A DNA stretch of 56,098 bases from Candidatus Enterousia sp. GTDB taxonomy: Bacteria > Pseudomonadota > Alphaproteobacteria > Rs-D84. A program made the position numbers and the translations under genes. The stretch lies in the NCBI GenBank assembly GCA_045593685.1, contig JAZNXD010000009.1:1-56098 (forward strand), in the 5' to 3' direction. Position 1 is the first letter of the stretch, and each line of letters opens with the position of its first letter. The notes under the pieces are model-generated. The model saw only the letters and a program-made list of their open reading frames with translations, was not told where the DNA came from and made no database searches. Shown here in pieces: positions 19,177 to 29,741 of the stretch.

Positions 19177-20556
19177 ATGAAGCGTATAATTTTATCCCTG
19201 TTGTTCAATGTTTGTGTAATTTGTCCTGCTTTTTGCGAGTCGTCAATTCAAACCTCGTGTCTGCAACTGGGGATTGTGGACTGTGGTGACGTTGAGTGTT
19301 CATTGCCTCTATGTATAAAGCACGAAGGGGTCAGCAGCGTTAGTCCATCTTGCGAGATAACTATTGATTGCATATGCAAACGGGAATGTACTTATACATG
19401 TGGGCCGGGCTACTATGGGGGCGGTTCTTCTTTGTTTGGGTGTACACTTTGTCCTGAACATGCGACATGCCCCGGGGCATCGGTTGTTAACGGAACTGCA
19501 ACATTTACGTGCGATGACGGCTACAAAAAAAATGCCCTGGGCAACGGGTGTGAATCAACCGCCCAGTGTCCAGATGGTCAGTATCTACACACGTATAATG
19601 GTGTCACGGCGTGTGCGCAGTGTCCCGCCAATGCAACGTGCGTAAATGATATTTTAACCTGCAATGCCGGTTATTACAAACACACCGTACAGTCCGCGGA
19701 TTTTTGTTGCCTAAACAACGCAACATGTGATAATACGGGGAATTTTTCGCGTTGCAACGACGGCTACTATGGCAATGCAACAAACGGTTGTACAGAATGT
19801 CCCACCAATGCGATATGTGATGCCAACGGTGTAACGGGATGTGTCGACGGATATGTCCTGGAATCGGGCGCATGTACCAAATGTTTTGTTGGCGAGGTTT
19901 GTACCAACGGTGTGTTCGGGGGCTGTGCCGAAGGTTATTATGGTTCGGGCAGGGGAACGTGTAAAATATGTCCCGCCAACGCGATATGCAGCGCCACCGC
20001 GATCACAAGTTGTGTGGATGGTTATATCCTGGAATCGGACGCGTGTAATAAATGTTTGGACAGTGAAGTTTGCACCAATGGGGCATTCGTTCGTTGTGCC
20101 GATGGCTATTATGGTTCGGACAGGGGAAGTTGCAAGGTGTGCCCCACCAATGGTGATTGTACGGGTGGAATATTCAATGGGTGTAAATCGGAATATTACG
20201 GGAATCTTGATGCCGGATGCCGCGCGTGTCCCACCAATGCCACATGTGATGGAGGGGCGACGTTTAAGTGTAATGCCAATTATTTCAAATATACAAATGA
20301 AACCGAAACCGGGTGTGAATCCTGTGGCGTCAGCAGGGAGTGCAAGGATGGAATATGTCTATACTGCAAAAGCGGGTATTACGGAGTGTGCGAAGACGGC
20401 TGTACAAAATGTCCAGCCCTGGATGGGCGACCGGGCACGTCTGTGGCGGGGACAAATACGGACCGAAATTCATGTTCTGTTTCTGTAACAAGCAGCAGCA
20501 CATTAAACGATGGTATCGGCACGTATTATTTTGAAGACACATGCTATGCGAAATAA
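19177..20556 (+). CDS. Very Cys-rich secreted protein with CxxCP-x-NA-x-C...C-x-x-GYY repeats (GCC2/GCC3- or VSP-like)
   Basis: Signal peptide; many Cys repeats including a ~57-aa tandem duplication (~19790-20140); C-terminal D-x-x-GTYYF...TCY motif. Confidence 0.8.
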   Translation: MKRIILSLLFNVCVICPAFCESSIQTSCLQLGIVDCGDVECSLPLCIKHEGVSSVSPSCEITIDCICKRECTYTCGPGYYGGGSSLFGCTLCPEHATCPGASVVNGTATFTCDDGYKKNALGNGCESTAQCPDGQYLHTYNGVTACAQCPANATCVNDILTCNAGYYKHTVQSADFCCLNNATCDNTGNFSRCNDGYYGNATNGCTECPTNAICDANGVTGCVDGYVLESGACTKCFVGEVCTNGVFGGCAEGYYGSGRGTCKICPANAICSATAITSCVDGYILESDACNKCLDSEVCTNGAFVRCADGYYGSDRGSCKVCPTNGDCTGGIFNGCKSEYYGNLDAGCRACPTNATCDGGATFKCNANYFKYTNETETGCESCGVSRECKDGICLYCKSGYYGVCEDGCTKCPALDGRPGTSVAGTNTDRNSCSVSVTSSSTLNDGIGTYYFEDTCYAK

Positions 20557-20601
20557 GATGTTGCCCATCAAAAAAACCGACCAAACGGTCGGTTTAATTT
20601 T

Positions 20602-20678
20602 TGGCGCACCCGGCGCGATTCGAACGCGCAATCCCCGCCTTCGGAGGGCGATGCTCTATCCAATTAAGCCACGGGTGC
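20602..20678 (-). tRNA. tRNA-Arg(CCG)
   Basis: GCACCCG/CGGGTGC acceptor stem, CTCCGAA anticodon loop, GTTCGAATC, CCA. Confidence 0.95.
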
Positions 20679-20721
20679 AAACGTCGTTATTATAATTGTT
20701 TCTGGTAAAAATGCAAGTATA

Positions 20722-21525
20722 TCATCGTTTGCGCTGGGCATGCATCCACAGCATCTTTTTTCCAAAATTGTTTGCGTTTGCCATTGCCCGGATGCGTCCC
20801 CGATTCAACTTGGTGCCACTAATTTTTTCGTAATAATCGAACAACTCTGTTATGTCAAGGCCCAACTGTTGATATTTAATCGCCATTGCGCCAAACATGT
20901 AATTAATATTGCCGACCGCCACGGAATCTATGTCCAAAAAACCAACCAGGTGTCCATCATCCGACACAACCGTATTCTTGGGCGTTATATCCGAATGGAA
21001 AATCGCACTGTCTTTTTTTGCGCCACAATTCAGCATATACACCAATGCCATGCAAATTTTCCCCAGTGTCGCATTGTTAACACCCGCCACATGTTCGCGT
21101 GCAACAACGTGCACATTTTTATATGGGTGATTGTCCAACAGGTGCGGGGAAACATTGTGCATCTTGGCCATATTGTCCAAAATTTCACGATATATTTGTT
21201 TGATTTTATCCCCCGACATACCGTCACGGATGGCTTCGAATAATGTTTTGCCCGCCAGCATTTCATATTCTTCGAAATAAACGTTCTTGAATTTGCATGC
21301 CTTGATATGCGGAACCGGTATTTTAGATTCCAAATAAATTTGACTTATATATGCATTTTTGCGGATTATAACGGGGTCGCCAAACTTAAATACGCGCGTA
21401 GTGGTGCCGATATCTGCAAATATCACATTGTTTTTTGACCCGCAAACATTTGGCGCGCGCAGATTTTGCGCGTTTGGATATCTGTCCAAGATGGCCCGGC
21501 GAAAAATATCTGGTATAATATCCAT
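20722..21525 (-). CDS. Aminoglycoside phosphotransferase/choline kinase (APH-like) family protein
   Basis: RVFKF, IPVP, Brenner motif FHSDITPKN, GFLDID. Confidence 0.75.
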   Translation of the reverse strand: MDIIPDIFRRAILDRYPNAQNLRAPNVCGSKNNVIFADIGTTTRVFKFGDPVIIRKNAYISQIYLESKIPVPHIKACKFKNVYFEEYEMLAGKTLFEAIRDGMSGDKIKQIYREILDNMAKMHNVSPHLLDNHPYKNVHVVAREHVAGVNNATLGKICMALVYMLNCGAKKDSAIFHSDITPKNTVVSDDGHLVGFLDIDSVAVGNINYMFGAMAIKYQQLGLDITELFDYYEKISGTKLNRGRIRAMANANNFGKKMLWMHAQRKR

Positions 21526-21569
21526 GACAAAAATATTTTATCGTCAACAAATGTAAAAGTCAAGAAACT

Positions 21570-22641
21570 TTATTCGCGTTGTAACAGCGCCAACATAAAG
21601 TCATCCAAATCACCATCCAAAACCGCGCCCGAATCCGTTTTTTCAACATTTGTTCGTACGTCCTTGACCAACTGGTATGGATACAGGACATAGTTTCTGA
21701 TTTGGCTGCCCCACTCAATCTTTTTCTGGGCGGCCTTGGCGGCATCTTCGGCTTCGGCGCGTTTTTGCATTTCCAGTTCATATAACTTACTGCGCAACAT
21801 TTTCATTGCCATTTCACGGTTTTGGATTTGGCTGCGTTCATTTTGACATGTTACGACCGTATTGGTTGGAATATGGGTGATACGAACGGCGCTGTCTGTC
21901 TTGTTAACATGCTGTCCGCCCGCGCCGGATGCGCGATATGTGTCAATTCGCAAATCTTTTTCATTGATTTCGATTTCTATTGTGTCGTCAATATCGGGCC
22001 ATACGTCAACGGATGCAAAACTGGTCTGACGTTTACCATTGGCGTTAAATGGTGAAATTCGCACCAATCGATGGACGCCAATTTCATTTTTCAGCCATCC
22101 ATACGCACGTTCGCCCGAAATTCGGTATGTGATATTTTTAATTCCGGCCGTGTCACCTTCGTGTTCTTCAATAACTTCGGTTGTAAACCCGTGCCTTTCG
22201 GCCCATCGGGCATACATACGTGACAGCATTTGTGCCCAATCCTGGGCTTCGGTCCCGCCGGCGCCCGCCTGGATGAATAAAAAGGCGCCATTATTATCGG
22301 CCGGTTCACGGAACAGGGTAATAAACTTGGCCCTATGTGCCGCGTCGCCCAGTTTTTCAATCGCACCCAACACGTCTGGGTCATCGGGTGCGATTTCATA
22401 CAATTCGGATAAATTTTTATACTCAGATTCCATCCCCAACAATTCGTTCAGGGTCTTTTCTAATCCCGCCTTTTTTTGCAACACAACACGTGCATTGTCG
22501 GGATTGTCCCACAGGTCTGGCGCATTTACCGCCACGTCCAATTCCATAATTTGTGATTTTAATTTTTCCGGGTCAAAGAAACCCCCTGACGGCGGAAATG
22601 TCGTCGGCGATTTGTGATAAAACCTCAACTGCTATAATCAT
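21570..22641 (-). CDS. prfB: Peptide chain release factor 2, with programmed +1 frameshift
   Basis: MIIAVEVLSQIADDISAVRGFL-TGA, then +1 into DPEKL; AGGGGG-TTT-CTT-TGA-C at 22587-22572; SPF and GGQ motifs. Confidence 0.97.
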
Positions 22642-22736
22642 ACCACATATATTAACAAGATATTTTTTCAATGCAAATGATAGTTTACTTTTTTCTGTCT
22701 TTGTGATAAAATACACCATAACGAGAGGGATTTTCT

Positions 22737-23990
22737 ATGAAACGTTTCTTTGGAATATTTGGTTTGATTGGTGCATGTTTGTTATCTGACGCATCTGTTG
22801 CGGTGTCTGCGGGCACGGTTGGCGCCACGTCCCAGGGGCGCGGTCTGATTGCGGGTGCACCGTCCACGGCGGGCACAAATCTGCGTGGTAATGCCGGATT
22901 GGCCCATGCATATAAAACAAACCAGCGTAACACATACTTTATGGTAAATCAGCCGGACGTCGACACCGCGTGTCGTCAAAAGATTTATGCATGCCTGTCG
23001 GATTATTGTGGTGATGTAACCGTCGTCCCGGGCCAGCGTGCATCCAAATGCCAATATGCAACGGAAAACGAATTATATAATTACGCGTTGTTGTGCCTGC
23101 AACGGGATACAGAAATCCTGTTGCCACAATACGGTGTAAACACGGTCAACGGTACCGGCGGTATGAATACGGCGGCGCGCCTGTGTCCTTCGTATGTTCA
23201 ACAGGAAATTTTGTCATACCTGTCTATGTCAAACATGGCAACCCAGTTGTCAAAATCTAATTCGGATCTGTGCCTTAAACGCCGCCAGGAATTAGAGGCC
23301 GCCATGTCATGTCACTCGGTTGCGCTTGCCTATGGCAACGAAACGGACAGCAAACTGACCACTATGTTAACCGATTATTGTGGTGCCGGCGTTCCGGGGG
23401 GCAGTGCCGAAATGGTAACCCGTTTTGCCAGTGCCGGTAACGTTGGTGCAAATATCTTTGGTTGGGCGGAAAAAATAGTTTCCCTGGACATGAACAGCAA
23501 GGGTTCCGACTGGCAGGCATCTGTTGATGCCGTCTTGGCGGGATATACAAATCGTATGAACCTGGCATGCGGGGACGATTTAAAATTAAATACTGTGTCG
23601 CATCCAACCGGTAATTCAAATCAGCCGACAAATCTGCAAACGGTGGCCGCATTGGCGATTGGCGCGACGTTCCCCGGCACGGAAACAACAACCGAAAATC
23701 CATACGCGAACCAATCTATTTGGATAGAGGTTACATCCCGTTCCGAACTGTGGGATTATAAAACCGCGTACCAGGTTGTAAATGCCGGCATGAACCCGGG
23801 TAATACATTTGCGCAAAATGCATTTTTAACCAGTGCCCAAATGGACGATATGCAACGTGCATATACCCGTGGTACCAAGGTTGTTATTATTCGTGACAGT
23901 GCGCGTTGTTACGTGATTCCGGTTACGCAATTAACCCAGACAGAGCAGTCGTTGGTTGCGCAATCCTTTGCGAATTGTATCAGTCAATAG
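22737..23990 (+). CDS. Secreted Cys-rich protein, unknown function
   Basis: Signal peptide (MKRFFGIFGLIGACLLSDASVA); CRQKIYACLSDYCG motif shared with 46457..49045. Confidence 0.75.
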   Translation: MKRFFGIFGLIGACLLSDASVAVSAGTVGATSQGRGLIAGAPSTAGTNLRGNAGLAHAYKTNQRNTYFMVNQPDVDTACRQKIYACLSDYCGDVTVVPGQRASKCQYATENELYNYALLCLQRDTEILLPQYGVNTVNGTGGMNTAARLCPSYVQQEILSYLSMSNMATQLSKSNSDLCLKRRQELEAAMSCHSVALAYGNETDSKLTTMLTDYCGAGVPGGSAEMVTRFASAGNVGANIFGWAEKIVSLDMNSKGSDWQASVDAVLAGYTNRMNLACGDDLKLNTVSHPTGNSNQPTNLQTVAALAIGATFPGTETTTENPYANQSIWIEVTSRSELWDYKTAYQVVNAGMNPGNTFAQNAFLTSAQMDDMQRAYTRGTKVVIIRDSARCYVIPVTQLTQTEQSLVAQSFANCISQ

Positions 23991-23992
23991 AT

Positions 23993-24023
23993 AAAAAAGA
24001 ACCGCCATTTCGGCGGTTTTTTT
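23993..24023. terminator. Bidirectional intrinsic terminator
   Basis: AAAAAAGAACCGCC-ATTTC-GGCGGTTTTTT. Confidence 0.75.
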
Positions 24024-24912
24024 ATGGGTTTATGTGCTTGGTCCCGATATTAATTCCAAACAGATAATAACGCACACGCTTTGTTAATATGTCTTTTCTG
24101 AAAATCGCACGGTTAAACATCTTGAACGTCTCGGTTTTATACGGTTCTTCGGGTGCGGACAGCATATCAACAACATCGTGATCAACCAAGAATTGCCAAT
24201 ACCGGCGCCATGCGGCCTCGGTTTCGGGTTTTGTGGCTTCTTTTGTTAATTTTTTACGCTGTTTACCCAGGGCGGTTACCGTGTTAACAACGTTATATCG
24301 TGCGCCCGGTACGGTTGCAACGCTGTCCGCCAATACGATGGCCGGACGTGTAAACACCAAATCCTGGGCGCCAAAGATTGCAGGTTCGAACCGCAACCCC
24401 GTGCGTTCCAGAAAGGCCTTTTTGTAAACGTATCTCCATGCGGGTTTAAATTTATTGGCACGTGTGGTTAAAATTTTATCGGCCATATGTGTGCAGATTT
24501 CTATCCTGTCAAATACTGGAAAGTTATAATCCGGTTGATTAACTTCCCCGCATAAAATATCCGCATCGGTTAGTTTGGCCACGTTCATCATCTTTTCGAA
24601 ATAGTCCAAATTAACAAAATCATCATGGTCATGAAAATGAATCCATTGACCCTGTGCGGCATCCATCCCGGTATTAGATGCGACCGAAGGTCCTGCGTTT
24701 TTCTGGGGGATGATTTTGATACGCTTGTCCTGCTGGGCCCACTTTTTGCAAACGGCTATGCTGTTATCCGTGCTGCCATCATCAACAATAATTATTTCCA
24801 GGTTATTGTATGTTTGATGCACCAAATGTGTGATACATTTATCAATAAATTTTTCCGCATTATACATCGGTATAACGACCGACACCAGCGGTGTTTCTGA
24901 TTTTGTTGCCAT
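24022..24912 (-). CDS. Glycosyltransferase family 2
   Basis: VSVVIPMYN, EIIIVDDGSTD, NAGPSVASNTG, FHDHDD. Confidence 0.92.
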   Translation of the reverse strand: MATKSETPLVSVVIPMYNAEKFIDKCITHLVHQTYNNLEIIIVDDGSTDNSIAVCKKWAQQDKRIKIIPQKNAGPSVASNTGMDAAQGQWIHFHDHDDFVNLDYFEKMMNVAKLTDADILCGEVNQPDYNFPVFDRIEICTHMADKILTTRANKFKPAWRYVYKKAFLERTGLRFEPAIFGAQDLVFTRPAIVLADSVATVPGARYNVVNTVTALGKQRKKLTKEATKPETEAAWRRYWQFLVDHDVVDMLSAPEEPYKTETFKMFNRAIFRKDILTKRVRYYLFGINIGTKHINP

Positions 24913-25030
24913 AGATAACTCCTGCTTAACTAACTGACCATAGTATCCTAGCCGAATAAATTCCCAAACGCAATCATATATTCCTGAAATGCCCTTGAAC
25001 GGGTTGACGATTTTTGATATAATTCGTCAT

Positions 25031-26197
25031 ATGAAATTCAGCAGACGCAGTATCTTAAAAATCACGGGTTTTGGAATTGTTGCCACGGCTATGTTGCCGC
25101 GCATGGCGTTTTCGGCGCGAAACACATTGCGTTCTATGCGCACGGGGGTTCAGCCCGGAAATAAAACACGTCTGGTTATTGAAACGGCAAACCGACCGTC
25201 GTATTCTTTGTCCTATCCCGCGGGCCAGTTGGTTGTAAATCTGTCCAACACATCGGCGAACAATGGGATTAAGGCATCGCTATCATCCGAAGGTTTGGTA
25301 AAATCGGTGTCCCAGTTGCAAAAGGGTGACACCCTGCAGATTGTTGCAACGCTTAAAAAGTCGATTGCCCAAATACCCAAATCATCTATTATGGTTTTGT
25401 CACCAAATGGTGATAATGATTATCGTTTGGTGTTGGACTTTGTTGCCGGCGCGCCCGGCGCCACGTCCGATTCGTATACCACATCGTCTGCGGCAACAAC
25501 GACGGCCGTCACCGCCGCACGTAAATATATCATCGTTGTTGATGCGGGCCACGGGGGCAAGGATCCGGGCTGCATAGGCAAGGGCGGAACACGCGAAAAG
25601 GATGTTGTTTTATCTGTCGCAAAAAAATTAAAGACAAAATTGGATGCGAACGGATTTAAAACATACCTGACGCGCGGAAATGATACGTATCTAAAATTGG
25701 GGCAACGTGCCGAAATTGCCGAAAAGCGCAAGGCTGACTTATTCATATCCCTGCATGCAAACGCCAACCCATCGCGCAAGATGAAGGGGTTCTCTATCTA
25801 TACCCTGTCGGAAAAGGCATCGGACGAAGAGGCAAAAAAACTGGCCGAGGCTGAAAACGCCGCCGATAAAATTGGGGTCGAAGGCTTTACCGAATTCGAA
25901 GAAAATATTCGAATTGCCCTGTCTTCGTTACAGCAACATGCCGTTGCGGAAATGAGTGAAGAATACGCCAACGGATGTGCAAAATCCTTTAAAAAGGCAT
26001 CAATTACGCAACAGCCCGGACCCGATGTTCGTCATGCGCCGTTTGCGGTTTTGCGCTCCACGGTTCCCGGGGCATTGTTGGAATTGGGGCACCTGTCTAA
26101 TCCGGCCGAAGAAAAATTATTAAAGTCTGGCTCGCATCAGGATAAATTGGTTGCGGCAATCGTCCGTTCGGTCAAAAATTATAATTTTGAAGTTTAA
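25031..26197 (+). CDS. amiC: N-acetylmuramoyl-L-alanine amidase (AMIN + Amidase_3), Tat-exported
   Basis: SRRSILK twin-arginine signal, RLVIE/RLVLD, VDAGHGGKDPG, EKDVVL, FISLHAN, LLELGHLSN. Confidence 0.9.
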   Translation: MKFSRRSILKITGFGIVATAMLPRMAFSARNTLRSMRTGVQPGNKTRLVIETANRPSYSLSYPAGQLVVNLSNTSANNGIKASLSSEGLVKSVSQLQKGDTLQIVATLKKSIAQIPKSSIMVLSPNGDNDYRLVLDFVAGAPGATSDSYTTSSAATTTAVTAARKYIIVVDAGHGGKDPGCIGKGGTREKDVVLSVAKKLKTKLDANGFKTYLTRGNDTYLKLGQRAEIAEKRKADLFISLHANANPSRKMKGFSIYTLSEKASDEEAKKLAEAENAADKIGVEGFTEFEENIRIALSSLQQHAVAEMSEEYANGCAKSFKKASITQQPGPDVRHAPFAVLRSTVPGALLELGHLSNPAEEKLLKSGSHQDKLVAAIVRSVKNYNFEV

Positions 26198-26230
26198 AAA
26201 TAACCCGCCAATTTGGCGGGTTTAAATTTC

Positions 26231-26321
26231 TGGCGGAGACGAAGGGATTTGAACCCTTGATACGGGGTTGCCGTATACACGATTTCGAGTCGCGCGCATT
26301 CAACCGCTCTGCCACGTCTCC
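26231..26321 (-). tRNA. tRNA-Ser(CGA)
   Basis: GGAGACG/CGTCTCC acceptor stem, CTCGAAA loop, long variable arm, CCA. Confidence 0.95.
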
Positions 26322-26404
26322 GTGCCCGCCATTATAACCATACCCGGATTATTTTGCAAGGGTAAAAATTTGACTTTTTTAATCATGCTGATAAACTGAC
26401 AGAC

Positions 26405-26749
26405 ATGGAAAAAACATTTAATGAAATGGTTTATGATGTGGTTGCGCGTATTCCCGCGGGGCGCGTTGCCACCTTTGGGCAGATTGCAAAAATTATTGGC
26501 CGTCCACGTATGGCGCGTTTTGTGGGCTATGCATCCAATAATAAAAGCAGTTGGCATTTGCCGTGGCACCGTGTCGTATTCAAAGATGGTTCGTTATGCT
26601 GTGGTATGGCAACCGAACAATATCGCGCCCTTAAAAGCGAAGGTGTCAGATTTGATGATGACAAACGTGTAATCATGCCGATTTATCAGTGGGACCCCGA
26701 ACGGGATGCTGCGCCCCTGGATATCCGCGATTTTCCATTGGTATTTTAA
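26405..26749 (+). CDS. Alkyltransferase-like (ATL/YbaZ) protein, MGMT family
   Basis: IPAGRVATFGQIA, ARFVG, LPWHRVV (Trp in place of the catalytic Cys). Confidence 0.88.
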   Translation: MEKTFNEMVYDVVARIPAGRVATFGQIAKIIGRPRMARFVGYASNNKSSWHLPWHRVVFKDGSLCCGMATEQYRALKSEGVRFDDDKRVIMPIYQWDPERDAAPLDIRDFPLVF

Positions 26750-26781
26750 ACCAATAACAAACATAGTTATTGACGCCTGGG

Positions 26782-27483
26782 TTATTTTTTACAAATTTTG
26801 TCATAGATTTCCGCCTTGTCTAATTTTTTATATGTGATAAACCACGGTTTTTTATTATTGTTTTCACGCATTGCGGCGGCCGTCGTTGGGGCCGGAATCA
26901 ATACGTCGTCGCCCGGCATCCAATTTGCAGGTGTGGCAACTTTAAAAGCATCTGCGGTTTGCAACCCCACCAATATTCGCCAAATTTCCGACATGTTTCG
27001 TCCCAGTGATGCGGGATAATACAGTATTGCGCGAATCTTGGCATGCGGGTCGATTATAAAAACCGCGCGCACGGCATGTGTGTCTGATGCGCCACGGTGT
27101 ATCATCCCGTATTTCTTGGCAATCGACATATTTAAATCGTCAATCAGGGCAAAGGTTATCTGTTCCCCGTCCGGCATATTGGCAATGGCATCAAACCATG
27201 CCAAATGTGACGACAAAGCCCCCACCGACAAACCCAACAGACGTGTGTTGATTTTTTCAAAATCCCCAATCGCCCGTTGAAATGCAATAAATTCTGTGGT
27301 GCAAACGGGTGTAAAGTCGGATGGGTGTGAAAAAAATACAACCCAACTGCCCGCAAAGTCCGCCGGAAAATTTATTTTTCCGTTTGTGGTACTGGCCGTA
27401 AATTCCGGCGCGGTATCGCCAATCAGTGGCATTTGTGGTTCAATATCGGTTTCCAAGTCATCTAAATCATATAAATCATCCAT
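26782..27483 (-). CDS. Peroxiredoxin (Prx6 subfamily)
   Basis: FSHPSDFTPVCTTE, VRAVFIIDP, YPASLGRN, ATPANW. Confidence 0.93.
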   Translation of the reverse strand: MDDLYDLDDLETDIEPQMPLIGDTAPEFTASTTNGKINFPADFAGSWVVFFSHPSDFTPVCTTEFIAFQRAIGDFEKINTRLLGLSVGALSSHLAWFDAIANMPDGEQITFALIDDLNMSIAKKYGMIHRGASDTHAVRAVFIIDPHAKIRAILYYPASLGRNMSEIWRILVGLQTADAFKVATPANWMPGDDVLIPAPTTAAAMRENNNKKPWFITYKKLDKAEIYDKICKK

Positions 27484-27631
27484 AATTCTCTCCGTTTATC
27501 ATCGTTAATAACCCTAGCATTTATGGCTTTTTCTTGTCACAGGAACGTATTCAAAATAAATAAAAAACTTTACTCTTGATAAAATGTGCTAAGATATTAA
27601 TAATAGATGGCAAGACAAAGGGTGAAAAAAC

Positions 27632-27913
27632 ATGAAAAGATCAGATATAGTACGTTCTATCCAGGTGAGTTTTAAGCATATGCGCAGTACAGATGCGGCG
27701 GCAATTTTGGACACGGTGTCCGACCATATCATAGAATCTGTTGCAAATGGCGATCGTATCGAAGTTCGTGGTTTTGGTACGTTCCAACCACGTGCCCGCG
27801 CAACAAAAATCGGATATAATCCATGCACGGGCAAACCTATGCCGTTGCCGGCCAGTACGACTATCCTTTTTAAACCCAGTCGTGAATTAACAAAAAAAAT
27901 GAACGAGCAATAA
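27632..27913 (+). CDS. HU/IHF-beta family nucleoid protein
   Basis: GDRIEVRGFGTF, GYNPCTG, FKPSREL. Confidence 0.9.
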   Translation: MKRSDIVRSIQVSFKHMRSTDAAAILDTVSDHIIESVANGDRIEVRGFGTFQPRARATKIGYNPCTGKPMPLPASTTILFKPSRELTKKMNEQ

Positions 27914-27915
27914 GT

Positions 27916-29661
27916 ATGTTATTCGGCAAAAAATCGGGTATTAAAAACCGTAATCGCGAACGTTATGAACGTGTTCGTCGCCTGATGTGGATTAAATGCG
28001 AATCCTGTGGCAAATTGGTATATTACAAAGATTATAAAGAAAATAAATACATTTGCCCCAGTTGTGGTCGCGCATTTATCATGAACCCGAAACAGCGTTT
28101 CGACCTGTTGTTTGATGATAATTCATGGGAACGTTTGCCCGCGCCCAGCGTGTCAGATGACCCATTGCAATTTACCGATCGTGTTGCCTATGCGGAACGT
28201 TTGATCGCGGCACGTGCCGAAACCGGCTGTTATGATGCGATAACAACCGCCGATGGTATGATTGGTGGCGTGCCGACAACGGTATGCGTTTTAAATGGAC
28301 TGTTTATGATGGGGTCGATGGGACGTGCGGCGGGCGATGCTATTGTCGCGGCAATGGAACACGCCATTGCGGAACGCCGTGCCTTTGTTATGGTCACGTC
28401 CAGTGGTGGCGCCCGTATGCAGGAAAATATTTTATCTTTGATGCAGATGGCACGCACAACGGCCGCTGTGAACAAGTTACATGCAAACGGTATTCCGTAC
28501 ATTGTTTTGTTGACCGATCCCACCTTTGGTGGTGTTACGGCATCTTTTGCAATGTTGGGCGATATCCATATTGCGGAAAAGGGCGCCCGTATTGGTTTTG
28601 CGGGGCGTCGTGTCATCGAACAAAATATTCGCGAAAAGTTACCAACCAATTTCCAAACTGCGGAATATCTGTACGAACATGGTATGGTTGATATGGTTGT
28701 TGCACGTGGCGATTTACACGACACGATTGCAAAAATTTTGGCGGTATTGACCAAGCAGAAACGTGAGCCAGGGCAAATTTCTGTGACGACCCCGGCACAT
28801 GATTCGTCGAAAAAAATACGTGGCATGGGCGAAAACGAAGCCTATGACAAGGTATTATTGGCGCGTCATGAAAATCGTCCGCACTTTTTGGATTATATAA
28901 ATGGAATTGTGTCCGATTGGACATACTTGGCGGGTGACCGTTGCTTTGCAGAAGATGCGGCCATGGCATCTGGTATTGGTTTTTGGCGTGGAATCCCAGC
29001 CGTAATCATCGGCCAGGAACAGGGGCGAACAATCGAAACGCGTCAAAAACACCGTTTCGGCATGGTAAATCCCGAAGGTTATCGCAAGGCACAACGCATG
29101 ATGCGCCTGGCGGAAAAATTCCAACTACCCCTGATTTCATTGTTTGATACGGCGGGCGCCTTTGCCGGTCGCGAAGGCGAAGAACGTGGCCAGTCCCAGG
29201 CCGTCGCTTCTTCTATTTCGGTGGGGCTGTCTGTTAAAACACCATATGTCGCCGTTAACGTGGGCCAGGGTGGCTCCGGTGGTGCGATTGCCATTGGTAC
29301 GGGTGATCGTGTGCTGATGCTGGAAAATGCGATTTATTCGGTTATTGCCCCCGAATCTTGTGCCAGTATTTTGTGGCGCGACAACAAATATCGTGCGACC
29401 GCATCTGCGGCCATGAAATTGACGGCACGCGATATGGCAAACATGAATGTTATTGATGAAATAATACATGAACCGGCGGGTGGTGCACACACCGATTGGC
29501 AGACAACCATGGAATTGTTGGCAAACTCTGTTACGCGTCATATCGAAGATTTACAACAAATCCCGGCATCGGAATTGCCGGCGCGTCGTGCCGATAAATT
29601 CTTGGCCATGACACGTGATGTTGAAATTTATCAACCCGAACACGTTGGCGAAGAACAATAA
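27916..29661 (+). CDS. accDA: Fused acetyl-CoA carboxylase carboxyltransferase beta+alpha
   Basis: AccD half: WIKCESC..CPSC, GSMG, SGGARMQE, PTFGGVTASF, GFAGRRVI. AccA half: ARHENRP, PEGYRKAQR, DTAGA, GGSGGA, YSVIAPESC. Confidence 0.93.
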   Translation: MLFGKKSGIKNRNRERYERVRRLMWIKCESCGKLVYYKDYKENKYICPSCGRAFIMNPKQRFDLLFDDNSWERLPAPSVSDDPLQFTDRVAYAERLIAARAETGCYDAITTADGMIGGVPTTVCVLNGLFMMGSMGRAAGDAIVAAMEHAIAERRAFVMVTSSGGARMQENILSLMQMARTTAAVNKLHANGIPYIVLLTDPTFGGVTASFAMLGDIHIAEKGARIGFAGRRVIEQNIREKLPTNFQTAEYLYEHGMVDMVVARGDLHDTIAKILAVLTKQKREPGQISVTTPAHDSSKKIRGMGENEAYDKVLLARHENRPHFLDYINGIVSDWTYLAGDRCFAEDAAMASGIGFWRGIPAVIIGQEQGRTIETRQKHRFGMVNPEGYRKAQRMMRLAEKFQLPLISLFDTAGAFAGREGEERGQSQAVASSISVGLSVKTPYVAVNVGQGGSGGAIAIGTGDRVLMLENAIYSVIAPESCASILWRDNKYRATASAAMKLTARDMANMNVIDEIIHEPAGGAHTDWQTTMELLANSVTRHIEDLQQIPASELPARRADKFLAMTRDVEIYQPEHVGEEQ

Positions 29662-29741
29662 AAACACCCACTGGCAAGACGCAATAAAGTTATTTTCGGA
29701 CTTGCTTTTGTTTTAAAGTTTCTGTATAATACCCCCTGCAC

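Noticed and set aside
20722-21525. Bona fide aminoglycoside resistance gene
   Set aside because: Only generic APH/choline-kinase fold motifs and no mobile context; the substrate cannot be inferred.
22576-22628. TTG-started N-terminus MRFYHKSPTT... for RF2
   Set aside because: Artefact of the +1 frameshift; the real start is the ATG at 22641.
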